A stretch of 64,000 nucleotides of DNA, taken from contig NC_086108.1 of assembly GCF_963921235.1 (NCBI RefSeq), positions 89,282,001-89,346,000 of the forward strand, read 5' to 3'. Below, piece by piece: positions 63,271 through 64,000 of this stretch. This stretch comes from Mobula hypostoma. Lineage: Eukaryota. Numbering within the stretch: the first letter of the stretch is position 1; every line of letters begins with the position of its first letter. The notes beneath the pieces were generated by a model, which was given only the letters and a program-made list of their open reading frames with translations, ran no database searches and was not told the DNA's origin. The translations under genes and the position numbers were made by a program.

Positions 63271-64000
63271 ATTCAGTATACAAAGGCTCCTTTTCTTTAA
63301 AAAATGGTACAACTTTCAGGGAGCTATGTACTTACTCCCAGAAGTATCTCTATACATAAAAATTCCTGAGGTCCATGCCACTTATTCCATAGGTACTACC
63401 TGAATTTGACTTCACAAAATGTATTAACTCACACTTCTTTCGATGAACTTCCATCTGCCACCTGTCCGCCCAACTTTACAGCTAATCTATGTCCCATGCT
63501 ACCCTTAGAAAACCTTCTTTATCACCTATGGCTCCACGAACTTTAACGGCATCTGAAAACTTGCTCATCAGACCCCCTAGATGGTCCCAGCACTGATCAG
63601 TTTTCACAGATTTCTAATCAGAGAAACACCCTTAGTCCATTACCCTCTGGTCCAATCACCAGGCCAAAAAAAATGTTTTAAAACCAATTTTGATCTTATT
63701 CTATTTGAACAAGCTTGTATTGCTGTGATAGATGAATATGAAAACTCTATAATGCTGTTTGCATTAAACTCTTAATCCCTTGTGACGTAATTAGTGTACG
63801 GTTTAGAAATGTTTAATTAAATGGTCACAATAGGAATTAAGTAAACTAGGAAATTATATTTTGTAAAGCTAATTGAATAACTTGGTTTTGTAGACAACAC
63901 AGCAAAATTCACCATCTATTATTTATTGCAATCTAATGGAAGGATAGAAATTTTTTAAAAATGTTCTTACTAGCATCATTGAGGCTTCTCTACATTGCCC

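Noticed and set aside
54635..64000. Search for the first PLPPR4 coding exon (expected to end ..LLPCFYFVE) and promoter
   Set aside because: No matching sequence or CpG island seen; probably beyond the window.

Overview
Vertebrate genomic DNA, AT-rich and dense in repeats. The mix of CR1 LINEs with an SGNH-esterase ORF1, V-SINE-like SINEs, Penelope-like elements, Rex1 and PNMA-type Gypsy suggests a cartilaginous fish such as a ray or shark; this is inference. The only host gene is PLPPR4 (PRG-1/LPPR4) on the minus strand. Six coding exons (54449-54634, 43261-43390, 35793-35988, 24925-24982, 21628-21801, 16589-17929) join in frame through GT-AG sites to give 694 aa. The first coding exon was not found and probably lies beyond the right edge. 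A likely poly(A) signal sits at 14776-14781. The rest is layered transposon remains: a PNMA-like Gypsy 5' LTR/PBS/gag at the left edge, a nearly intact full-length CR1 nested inside a tRNA/CORE SINE, a decayed full-length CR1 head-to-head with it, a Gypsy solo LTR, hAT/Tigger/Tc1 derivatives and Penelope fragments with hammerhead-ribozyme motifs. I found no convincing novel protein-coding system. The best leads are RNA-level: hammerhead motifs, splice-signal architecture shared by two CR1 5' UTRs, a chimeric SINE with a partner element, and an isolated intronic hairpin. All family assignments are from motif recognition with no database search, and the boundaries of decayed repeats are approximate.
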